DNA of 64,000 nt from Chrysomallon squamiferum (lineage: Eukaryota > Animalia > Mollusca), in the NCBI GenBank assembly GCA_012295275.1, contig CM022667.1, positions 7,440,001 to 7,504,000 on the forward strand, in the 5' to 3' direction. The translations under genes were made by a program, and so were the position numbers. This document shows, piece after piece, positions 13,981-25,911 of the stretch. Position 1 is the stretch's first letter. The number at the start of each line of letters is the position of its first letter. The notes beneath the pieces were generated by a model. That model was not told the DNA's origin, did no database searches, and saw only the letters and a program-made list of their open reading frames with translations.

Positions 13981-16900
13981 TTAATGTTTGGTGATTTTTG
14001 ATGAAGTGTTGCCAGCGACTGCCTGCCAGATGTTGCCTGCACCACTGTACACTGCTTTCACTGCTCCAGACACTGCAGTTGTCACAGATGAGAACACACC
14101 TGTTAGATCAGGTGGACTGGAATAGGACAAATAAATAAATAAATAAATAAATAATGATATATCTATTATCTGTTTAAACAAAACAAAACAAATAAATAAA
14201 AGTTAAACATTAATTAAAAAATAAAATAACACTGGCCAGTTTTAAATCAGAGAAAGATATTCATGATCAGACATTTTTTAGAAACTTTCCACATACTCAT
14301 GAGTCCCAGAGGAAAGTTTTCTTATGTAAATATCTGTGAATACAAGTGTGCATGTTCTGTATAGGTGTTTCTATAGATAAATACAATTATATGTTGAATA
14401 CAAGTGTGCATGTTCTGTATAGGTGTTTCTATAGATAAATACAATTATATGTTGAATACAAGTGTGCATGTTCTGTATAGGTGTTTCTATAGATAAATAC
14501 AATTATATGTTGAATACAAGTGTGTATGTTCTGTATACGTGTTTCTATAGATAAATACAATTACACGTTGAATACAAGTGTGTATGTTCTGTATATGTGT
14601 TTCTATAGATAAATACAATTACACATTGAATACAAGTGTGTATGTTCTGTATATGTGTTTCTATAGATAAATACAAGTGTGTATGTTCTGTATATGTGTT
14701 TCTATAGATAAATACAATTACACATTGAATACAAGTGTGTATGTTCTGCATGTGTTTCTATAGATAAATACAATTACACATTGAATACAAGTGTGTATGT
14801 TCTGTATATGTGTTTCTATAGATAAATACAATTACACATTGAATACAAGTGTGTATGTTCTGCATGTGTTTCTATAGATAAATACAATTACACATTGAAT
14901 ACAAGTGTATGTTCTGTATGTGTTTCTATAGATAAATACAATTACACATTGAATACAAGTGTGTATGTTCTGCATGTGTTTCTATAGATAAATACAATTA
15001 CACATTGAATACAAGTGTGTATGTTCTGCATGTGTTTCTATAGATAAAAACAATTACACATTGAATGCAAGTGTGTATGTTCTGTATATGTGTTTCTATA
15101 GATAAATACAATTACACATTGAATACAAGTGTGTATGTTCTGCATGTGTTTCTATAGATAAATACAATTACACATTGAATACAAGTGTGTATGTTCTGTA
15201 TATGTGTTTCTATAGATAAAAACAGACCCATCTACCTGACGTACTTCTCAACGATGTAGCTGAGAACGAAGATTGTCACACAGATGAAGAGGATGAGGGC
15301 TGCAGTGTCAATGGTCTGCCAGATGTCGTGGAAGTAAGTTCCTATAGAATACACGTCAACAGTCGGCTTTGGTTTGATGTCAGCTTCGATTGTTTTAACT
15401 TCAAGTTTGGACTGAACAATGCGAGTTGTGTTCTCAACATGATCAATCTCATCCTTGTTGCTTGTTTCCTGCAAACAAAATAAACTTTTATCTATCTATG
15501 TATAACTAATTCTTTTACAGCAAGATTTTTCTCAATTTAAGTTTCAATTAGTCATAAATATATAAATATTTCTTTAAAACTCAAACATGACACAATGTAT
15601 GATTATCATAAAGCACACAGCTTTACAGGCAAAAATTTAGTAGCAAATATATATGTTAATTATTTCGATGGAGTAACAAACTAATTATTTCTATCTCATT
15701 CAATACTTCCTAAACCTTAATGATCTGTGTTTCCTTTTCAGTTCGACCCTGAGTTTTGAGTGTAGTTGTTTTAGTAATTACTTCAGTCTGACGTGACTGT
15801 CGAACTGCTTTCTCTTTCTCTGCAACACGACTGCGAGACGACGAACGTGATCGTGAGCGACTGGATGTTGTCTTTGGTGATTTGGGTTTCTTTGTGCCAG
15901 CTCGACTTCTCGAACGAGATCTTGACCTCGACTTGCCACGCGATTTCTTCAGTTCCTGAAAGAGAATCAACTGATGTACAGTATACTCAACTAACTCCAT
16001 TTTAGATATATATTACTCTAAGGATGTTCATGAAAATAAGTACTGGACAAAAGTATTGATATAGAAAAAAAAATAAAATAAAAATGTCCACAAATAACAA
16101 CAGCCATTCTCATGATTATGTTCTTTCACAATATTGTGTTATTGAAACTGTATAATTATTAATTTTTTTTAATGAATATCAATTTAATAAACATTACCTG
16201 TGCAAATCATTTTTTTAAACTGAAAATGAAGTAAGCTATATATCTCTCTTTTTTTTAAAACTATATTAATTATATAAAATCAAACATACAGTACTCTTCT
16301 TGATGAAGTTTTTAATGACATTAGGACAATGCTGCAAGTTCTTTTCTGGTTCCCAGGTGTCCTCGGTCTCCTCAAATCCTTTCCACCGTACAAGGTATTC
16401 GAGAATACCCTTACGTTTTCTTTGTTTTAGAATTGTGTCAACCTGCATAGAGTCAAAAATATTATTCTGTATTTTATAATTGCTTTTTTAATTTTAAGGG
16501 AAGAAATAACTGTTTAGGAGATTGTTGTTATATGAACTGTTACATTTATAGATATAAGAAATTAATTTTACTTAAAGCACTCCATCAAAAACAAAATATC
16601 AAATCAAAACAACTGTGCACTTTTTGCATGAAAAGTAAATAATCTAAAAGATTTCACATGGGCAACATATAACATTTAACTAATTAAAACTTATAAAAAG
16701 TTAAAGCAAACTGGTAAATTATTATTTTATAATATTATTAATAAATAATACATGTACAAGCAGTGTTGAATGATTTTTTTTTTTTTTTTAACACAGAAGA
16801 AGCAATCGGCGCCTTCACTTCATGTCAGACAACCATAAAATAGCTGGTCTCAAACTATGAAAGAATAAGGAACATTTACGATAGCAGGTGTTACCCTTTC

Positions 16901-17309
16901 GACGCTTTGTTAAGTATTTAACAAAATAAACAAAGAACAATAAAAAATATCCAACATAACATGAACACCTTATCCAGCTTGAAAACACTTTTTAAAAATA
17001 TATATAGACATAAATACTCAGCATGTTATTAAATTATAAAATGCTAGAGGTTTACATTTATGAGATGACAGCTGAAAATCTAAGATTTGGATTTGACAAC
17101 AAAAGGGACGCTACTCCCAAACTGGAACTGGGACACTTGATAAAGTATAATATAATCAGTAACAGATTACATAACGTTACAATTTTAGTTAGTTCATAAC
17201 AGGCATTTATTGAGACAGCAAGGCATGATAAAATATTAATTCATATTACGAAAAAAAATAAGATTTCCATACAAACCTCATAACCACTATCACTGTCGGA
17301 ACTCGCCAT
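13981..17309 (-). CDS. Chromodomain-containing protein with RS-rich region and one C-terminal transmembrane helix, 5 exons, 264 aa
   Basis: Minus-strand exons 17309-17277 (MASSDSDSGYE), 16442-16290 (VDTILKQRKRKGILEYLVRWKGFEETEDTWEPEKNLQHCPNVIKNFIKKST), 15955-15716 (RS-rich), 15468-15236 (ends with hydrophobic TAALILFICVTIFVLSYIV) and 14116-13981 (TAA). All introns are GT-AG and phase-consistent (795 nt). The chromodomain signature YEV..I...R......EYLVRWKGF....DTWEPE.NL is canonical. Confidence 0.85.
14338..15222. repeat. 56-58 bp minisatellite (~15-16 copies) filling most of the last intron of the chromodomain gene
   Basis: Unit GAATACAAGTGTGTATGTTCTGTATATGTGTTTCTATAGATAAATACAATTACACATT, with variant sub-blocks. 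It begins about 13 nt from the exon-4 donor. Confidence 0.96.
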
Positions 17310-17970
17310 TTTTTAAAAATAATTCCCATGATGCAACGGAAAGGACTTACCATTTTTTTTTTTTTTTTTTTATTTGGTTGTCGCAATTTATTAGTATTAT
17401 TATTTCCATGTTGACAAAGAAATATTTCAAATATTATAAAGAATAGAAAACAAAAACTATTTTAATTTATATAATTATTTTGAGTTATTTTATGTTTTAA
17501 TCAGATTCAAATGGTTCACTGAACATTACTTGAATTGTTACGCTTGACTGAACAGTACTAGGTCCGCTTTAGCATCGACCCACATAATAGACAATTTATC
17601 TCCAGGCTGAACACCAGATTTCACAATATAGAAAATGGATTTTTCTGTTCCGTTGCTGTAGTTGGTATTATAAAATTGCTTTTATTCTTTGAGATACATG
17701 GTTTTTTCTGTAATTGGGTTACTAAAATATAAGCAAATGTAGGCTCTAATCTGATACTTACGCCAGTTACGGGTTATATAACACTACTGACGGGCTATCC
17801 AATCGTATTATCGGTAAAACAAGACATCAGTCTTTACTAAAGTTATCTGCATAAGTCCATATATTTATATTGGATATATCATTTAAAACTTTATGCATTC
17901 AGTCGCACTGTATCAGTGATATTTAGGTTCATTAAGGACGATTAGAAAAAAACCACGCATTATCGAAAAT
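17310..17970. promoter_or_regulatory. Putative bidirectional promoter between the chromodomain gene (-) and DUSP22-like gene (+)
   Basis: Head-to-head start codons at 17309 (-) and 18946 (+). CpG dinucleotides are locally frequent and there is a CCAAT near 17799. The DUSP ATG exon has an upstream acceptor (ttccag, 18816), implying a 5'UTR exon closer to this region. Confidence 0.45.
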
Positions 17971-18945
17971 AAAAATAATAAAATTGAATTTCATTCCAAC
18001 TGCATTAAATTCTGCCCAATTTTTTAAACAAACTTACAAAGGTTTTATATCAGTGTTAGAAAGTTTAAAATTAAAAACATTAATTATTAATGGAATTATA
18101 TAAAGAATACAGCATCCATTTATTTCTTTAATGAAAATGTGTTGCAGTAACATTAATGAACTGATCGCCATAATTGACTTTTCTAGTAGATACATAGATT
18201 GATAACGATATATAGACAGAAACATTCATTACGTAGAAGTTGAAAAAATTCGAATTATTATAATTTATATCGGCAATGAATCAGAACTGTTGACTTAAAA
18301 ATATAAACAAATATATATATATTTTAAAATTCACTGACAAAAATCTGTTTGCATTATCATGATTATGTATTACATATGAACTTTTATTAAACATGATATA
18401 TGCAAATGTTTTTGAAAATAAAGAATAATATATTTTTCTTTAATTTTTTTTATGTCTGTATTATAATAATTTGTATTAAATATGAGTTATGTGGAAATAT
18501 GTTTTTGAAAATGAAAAAGAATATTTTAGCTTTTTTGTTTAATAAATTTGCAATAATTCACAGTTATAAAAAAAATATTTTTGTGAAGTATAGTCAACTG
18601 TACATGTTTTACTGTGTATAGCTCACTGGTTAGAGTTACAGGCTAAATATTAATCAATTCAGTTATATACCATTCTAACCAGTACCCTCTGATTTAACTT
18701 CCTTGCTGATACTGAAAAGTATTATTGTTTTAGTATTGTCAGTAATAACATGTTAAACACTATGTTACTGTATTATCATAAAAACTTTATTTCATATACT
18801 TTAGTTTTCATTCCAGATTTCACAGAAAAAGGTTAATGATGAGCCTTATTAATAAAGAAATATTCATTTACTGACAGCATTTGAAAAAACAACAACACGA
18901 GAACTGTTGTGAGGCAATTTTTGCTGAAAGAGAAAATATACAATC

Positions 18946-21590
18946 ATGGGCAATGGTATGAACAAGGTATTTGTAGAAAGACAGTTATTATTATTAATAT
19001 TTTTCTTATGTCTTCTTTTTCTATGTCTCCATCTTATTATTATTAATATTATTATTTGTAAGGTATAAAAATCTTATATTTTTGTGTAATAAATTGAAAG
19101 TAAATTTATTTTTTTCAGATTATTGAGGGTCTGTATGTGGGTAATTTTCGAGATGCCAAAGATGAAGAAGAGTTGAAGAAAAATAGAATCACTCACATTT
19201 TGTCCATCCACGACAATGCTAAACAGCTCCTAAAGGTTTGTCTTATCTCATGTATGCTTTTGTTTATCTAAATTATCCCTTATCTGGAACCCTCTGTGAT
19301 AGAATGTAAATAATCTACAAAGTCTTTATGTTACAAAGAAAACATTCAGTAACATCTTTTACATAAAATACATAGACAAACACATTCAAATTAAAATAAC
19401 TAAACATTAAAAATTATACTTCATTTTATTTTTAAAAGCTTATTAGATAATACAGCTGATGTCTTCAGTATCAGCACATATAATATTTAATTACTTTTGT
19501 TTTTTTAATTTTTTATGGAAATTTCGGAAATAATAGTTAATGTGTCATGCTGTTTAAGTTGAAGTTAGTGTTAATATTTAATGTAATGTTGATGTCTGTT
19601 GAGGAATTCATACTAAAATACTTCAGATGAGATAATTCTGTTTCTATTGTGTACTGTATACCAAATGTTGTAAGATTATTTATAAAGTACCATACTAGAG
19701 TTGAAGATTATTTACACTGGAAGTTAATAAATTATACTAAATAATTAAATAAATAAACCCACCTTTTGTTTATCTCGTGTTATTATTTAGCTGATGGTGT
19801 AATATGTGTTATGTTTTATGATCTGTTTGCAGGTCGTGACATACCTGTGTATTACAGTCAGATTTAAAACATTCAGCTACACTTAATTTCACTTCTGATA
19901 AAATTAATGTATTTGGTTTGCAGGACAAGACATACCTGTGTATTACAGTCAGATTTAACACATTCAGCTACACTTAATTTCACTTCTGATAAAATTAATG
20001 TATTTCGCTTGCAGGACAAGACATACCTGTGTATTACAGTCAGATTTAACACATTCAGCTACACTTAATTTCACTTCTGATAAAATTAATGTATTTCGCT
20101 TGCAGGACAAGACATACCTGTGTATCATAGCTAGTGACAGTCCGGATCAAGACTTGACTCAGCACTTTCCGCAGTGTGTTGACTTCATACACAGCGCTCG
20201 ACTCAACAATGGCCGAGTTCTTGTTCACTGGTGAGAAACATTTGTCACGGTTATTTAATGGAATGTTTAGGCACATTTCATAATTCTCTTCAAGATGCTA
20301 CGTAGTTCAGGTATTTATCTACAGGTATATAGATAAAACTGAGCATGATACAAACTACATGCACTCATTGCACATACCAATACTGAATTTTAAAAATGTG
20401 AAAACCATGAAATCTTGAATTTGTTATGATTGAGAAACATAAAATACATTAACAATTCTTTTTATGAAGCAGTGTCATTTGAAAAATATCTGATTTTACT
20501 TATAGGTTGACATCATATCACAATTATCATGTTTATAAAATAATTTTTTGTGACATGTCACTGTTTAAAGCTTTTTTATTTTTTTTATTTTATTGAAATA
20601 CGTATTTGTTACAAATGCTTTTTGGACTGTGTTTGGCTAATAAATAACTGTAATTCTGTTTGAAATTATTTCAGTTTGGCTGGAGTGTCTCGGAGTGTCA
20701 CTATAGCAGCAGCCTACATAATGACTGTCACTGAGTTCGGCTGGCGCGACTCTCTGCACGCTATACGAGGAGCTAGAAACTGTGCAAACCCAAACTTTGG
20801 CTTCCAGAGACAGCTAATGCGTTATGAAAGTGAAAAACTCGCTGAGGTAAACATTTAAAATATTGATTTCACTTGATTCTTTTTCTCTCTTTTTAAACAG
20901 CAGTTCTATTATTAAAAATTGTTTTGGACAAAAGTATACACAATATACACAATAAATAAAAGGAGACAATTCATCTTCAAACAAACTGCATTTGTCAGAG
21001 TTTAGTGTGCTGTTGATTATATCTGTTATAGTAATTATTGATATTTATAAACAAAATTCACTGACAAATATCAAGCTTTTTTAAAGATAGCAGTAGTTTA
21101 TATCAGTGTGATTAATAGGAATATTACTAACAGACATTTTTTCTTATTAACATGAATGTAAGTAAAGTTGTTTTGTTTCAAGGAGAGGAAGCGACTGAAG
21201 GAGGAGTTTGCGTCAGTGGTGAATGACGATGATGCTGAGGTGAGGCAGCTGCTGGTGGCCTACAACAAGTTTGTACTGCATGGACCTTCCTGCGACGACT
21301 ACCCCCTGCCCCTCGACGCCTACAGCAACCGCAAGAAGTCCAACAGATGTGACAATGATGATGAAGAGGAAGTTAATGGGAACACAGTTGCTGTCAGTGA
21401 TGATGTTGATAAACAGAACATGAAAGGAGATATAGCTACAACTAGTGATGATGATGATGATGATGATAAGCAGGTTAATGGAGATGGAGCTACTGCTGGT
21501 GATGTTGATGTTGAAGACAGATGTAGTACACATCAGACCGATGTAAACAGTGGTGATGATGTAGAGTATGTGAGAGAAACAAACAGGTGA
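18946..21590 (+). CDS. DUSP22: Atypical dual-specificity protein phosphatase, DUSP22/DUSP15 family, 5 exons, 280 aa
   Basis: Exons 18946-18966 (MGNGMNK), 19119-19235 (IIEGLYVGNFRDAKDEEELKKNRITHILSIHDNA), 20106-20230, 20675-20846, 21183-21590 join in frame (843 nt). The catalytic motif VHCLAGVSRS is split by a phase-2 intron (TG|T). General-acid loop ASDSP, AAYIM and ANPNFGFQRQL motifs are present. The N-terminal MGNGMNK matches the myristoylated DUSP22/15 start. Confidence 0.93.
19826..20126 (+). repeat. 91-bp tandem repeat (3.3 copies) containing the exon-3 splice acceptor of the DUSP gene
   Basis: TTGCAG-GACAAGACATACCTGTGTAT recurs with CAG at 19830-32 (variant copy), 19921-23, 20012-14 and 20103-05. 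The last is the functional acceptor. Confidence 0.93.
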
Positions 21591-23399
21591 AAGTGTGTAA
21601 CGCTGAGTTTTAGTTTTATTTGTTCCTCACCATCCACCTCCCTGTCACTAAATCACTTTTCTGTTTCTTTTCACGTTCACTGTCATGTTTTTGTTTGTCA
21701 ACCGAATGTCATATTCTGTATGAAATTTTTATTAAATAAATTTTTCTTGCATACTGAAAATATATTCAATTTAGTTATGAAATACTAATAGACAAACATT
21801 CTTTAATTTTATATTTTTATATTTTTCTTTTTATAAAACAGAAGTATTAGTTTTGATAGGTCACAAATATGATTTGTAATTAAAAACCTTCATTCTAATA
21901 AGTGTTAAAATGTTCAGGATAAAATGTCATTTGTAGTATTTTAGTATTTATTTGCCTGATAGACCTTGATTAGATATACACTGTGTAATTGAATGGTTAG
22001 ATGTTAAAGTTTTTAGTAACAGTATCATACAGTTCACTTCTCTCTGTCTGTCTGTAAAGTGTATGAACATGGTCAGTATTTTTACAAAAAGGACATGCTT
22101 CAACGATAACTTTGTTAATGAATTTTTTTTAATTATCCGTGTACTCAAATTGCTTTACTTGTGTGATAATTATAGCAGATTTAATCAAATAAAAATAAGG
22201 CTAACTATTTAAAATTAATAATCAGTTTCAGAGATAATGAATAGTTTTTAAAACATAAAAGTGTCTTTAAATAATTTTAAATTGTAAAATCTTTTGTCAT
22301 AATGTTTGTATGACAAAAGATCTTGAATACATATTTACACTGGAAAAAAAGCAGACATGTTGCTTTCATTCAGTAATGGGTTAAATTGTCTTGCCAATTT
22401 TTGAGGTTCATTTATTTTTGTTTTGTGTAAAAATAACACAGATGTGTTGTTAAATTGTTTAGTGCATGATTTTCTCTTTTCATTGAATTCTGAATACTCA
22501 ATCTGATTTTCCATTTCTTGTCAACTTACAATGAAAATAGGATGAATACTTTTATACCTTTGTAGAATTCATTAATTTCCTGCCTAGATTTGTAAATAAG
22601 TTTACATTAAGTATCTTCTTTTTTTTCTTCTGTTTTTAAAAATAATTTAATCAAATTTTGTCAAATTCCACCACTGCCAATATTTTGATATTATGAATGA
22701 TTTTTACAATTTATTTTTTGGTGATCATAATTGTAAACGGTGTTACATATGCAAGTGCCTCAGTATTAAGAAAACAGATGCAGCAGTTTCAGTGTTTGTT
22801 TATGTCCTGTGTTTTATGCAAAATGGCAGCACTGGAGTAGGTTTGTTTCAGTACTTTCTGAAGTGAAATATGAACTAATTTGAAGTTTACCACGTTGTAT
22901 TGTGTTCATTTTTTGTCAATAAACATCAGCATCAGCCATTTACACCTTTTACATAAATGCTGAAGTATGTGTCAGTTTTATTGACCTAATCATTCTTAAA
23001 AATGGCTAATATTTGTAGTGTTTGAAAATGTCTGGTACTAACTATCCAAGAGGTATTTAGCTGACTTAAATTTATGTAACAAAATATGCATAGTGCCTAA
23101 TATATACACATTTATACATTTTTTTTTTTTTTACACCTGTCAGCAGTTTCAGTTTTGATTTCATGCAGTGTGGAAAGTTGCCTGTGATAGAGAAATACAC
23201 ATGTACTGATGTAAGTGAAATTCATTTTGTTTCACTCATTTTAAAATGGTGGTGATTAGAACTAAAAAACATTGTGCTTTGTGAATAATTTACTCAGTTC
23301 AGTAAATGACAACTTACATTAAACAAGATACATCATATATTGTTTAAAAAGAAAAGTTTCTAAATTTCATGTTGAATTTCTGTCATAACTGTCAGTTTT

Positions 23400-23431
<32 letters not shown>

Positions 23432-24589
23432 TTTTTTTTACAAAATACAAATGTCATTGATGTAAAAGCAGCATGATCAGACACAGAACATAAATTTTGA
23501 GAAAGTTGAAGATTTCATCAGATAAATAAAGAATTGTTCTAAGTGTTGTTGTTTGACGCTGGTAAACATTTGTGATTACTTTTTGGATTCTCATCCCATC
23601 ATTGACAGAACACTTTGAGTAGCGTTGTACAGTAGAATATTAATACAACTTGAAATGTTGTCTTGCCATGAGTGCGGAGCACCTCCGACCCACAAACAAA
23701 ATGATTGGGGTAATGAATATTGATTATTATTTTTTAGTAAAGTCTTTGTTTTATTCCATCTGATTTTAATAAATGAATGACCTTTGTCTTTTGAACTTAT
23801 ATAGACTGTATGCAGTGTATTATTATCTAAACTTGTTTTGTGGTTTTTGCCTATTAATAAATTTGAAAGTTTTGTACATTTTTAAAAACTATTTTTAGAC
23901 TGTGATATGATTTGCTTGAAGCAATAAATGTTTACTATCAACGTTTGATTAATGTGTTTGTGTTTGTTATATTTACATAATAAACAAATCTGTAATAGTT
24001 CAAGTTTTGGTGATATTTATTAAAACTAACAAGACACAGGGGAGACTTAAGAGATTTTGACTGCTTGTTAGTAACACATACAGCTAACTGTATATTTGGT
24101 TAAATGAATTTTAGAAGCAGCATGGACAAACCCACAGAAAATATTATTTTATATAACTGATAATGAAATGTACTAAACAAAACTTAATTTATGAAGAAAA
24201 AAAAACATGACAAATTTGACCTGTGTCAGTGTATAATCAGATCCCTTCAAACCTGAGTTTGACTTTCTGGTTCCTAGCTCATCAAGTGATCTAATATAAA
24301 TAAATAAAACAATTTTTAACTTGGTCATAATTTTATTACTTAAGAAAAATACATGTATTAGATTAGAAAACAGTTAATACTTTTATACACCAATAAACTA
24401 ATATCAATTTCTTAATTAAAAAAATCTTACAAATCTTAAACAGTGTTCAGAATATAAATCAATAAACACTGAGTCCATGTAAAATCTTCATCATTTTGTA
24501 CTAGAAGTGTTTATGAGAAAGGAAATTTTTGTTTTTATAACCACATTAAAAAATAAGTACATAATTTTCAGCAGTTGGTATTTTCATAA

Positions 24590-24721
24590 CCATCTGAACC
24601 TCAGGGTATCCCATATCCCAGCACCACAGACAAAATGGCTGACATTTGCAAATTTTTTTTTTTTTGTTTCTAAAAGCTGAACAAAAATGAGACAGGAACA
24701 ACACAACTTGGGTTCAAAGGA
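24590..24721. mobile_element. Possible degenerate piggyBac-like MITE in the RECQL4 3' region
   Basis: Left end ATAA-CCATCTGAACC and right end GGGTTCAAAGGA-TTAA form an imperfect terminal inverted repeat with TTAA-like flanks. Weak. Confidence 0.3.
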
Positions 24722-25008
24722 TTAAATCTATATGGGATTGAAGAATCCAATAACATAAAGTCACAATGAAATGTTATATTTTCCCATTTCGACATTCAAC
24801 ATTAGAAGGATTACTGAGTTGCAACTGGGAGGACAGCAGCAAACAATAAACAAAAGTCTAATATTTCTTATTTCCATCCAAACAGTTTCCAAGTTGTGTT
24901 TTACAAATTTACTAATACCTCTAGCTGCGGAAATTACTAGACTATTTTAAACAAATGAGCAATAAATTAATATCACAACCCTGTTTGTCAGTCACATTTA
25001 AAATAACA

Positions 25009-25877
25009 TCATCTCTGTCCAATCAGCTCCTGAGTAGCAGTTTTCAAAATCACACTGAAATCTACTGACAAATGACTTCTCCAGAACCTTCTGACTCTTC
25101 CCCAGGTTAGACTGGGAAAACAGGGACTGGCAATCCCGTGAAAGATTCGAGCAATGACTCTGCCAGTCAGACTGTGTTCATGTCCATACAGACCGATAAA
25201 CTGACGTATGTCCATTACCAGCTGATCTAAATCTCGACTGCTGGACAAGTTCTAAAAAAAAAAAAAAAAAATATAAAACATATAAAAAAGGTAAAAAAAA
25301 AAAAAAAAAAAAAAATTATCAGTGTTAGAAATTTTGATTTTCTTTAATACTATACAAATAAAGCCATTGTTGTCCTTTCATGTGCTATTTCTAATTCTTT
25401 TTTTTTAACAGCAACAAAAATATTTTCACTTAATTTACAATCAGAAATGTGTATTTCAAAATCTTTATTAAACCAGTAGTCAGACTGGACAAATAGCTGG
25501 GTGTGAGTGTGTGTGTGACCTGGTCAGTTATCTTTACCTGTGTGCACATTTCTTCTTCCTTTGCTTCACTCATGCGTGACTCGACGGATGTGTCATTTTC
25601 AAAGTAGTCTTCGATGAAACTTCTCAGTCTGTTACTCTTGTTCACATCTGCTTCATCACAGCACATCCAGTAGTTTCTGTGAGCAGTGCTAGATTACAAA
25701 CACTTACTGTGAGCAGGACTTTTTTTTAGAAAAATTACATAATAGTTACACTCACACTTACAAGTGATCAGCAACACAAAAAATCTTCATAAGATGTTTA
25801 AGTGAATATCAGTAATTATAGATTTTGCTGTTCTCTCAGTCTTTCTCACTCAGTCTGTCTTTTTCACACATATATCA

Positions 25878-25911
<34 letters not shown>

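Noticed and set aside
13981-14116. KASH-domain interpretation of the chromo-TM protein tail
   Set aside because: The post-TM tail is ~49 aa and lacks the terminal PPPx motif.
20229-20234. Apparent inactive DUSP (VHW* in the ORF track instead of VHC)
   Set aside because: The catalytic Cys codon is split by a phase-2 intron (TG|T). The spliced motif is the intact VHCLAGVSRS.
21213-21533. Ile-rich minus-strand ORF
   Set aside because: It is the antisense shadow of the GAT-rich DUSP last exon.
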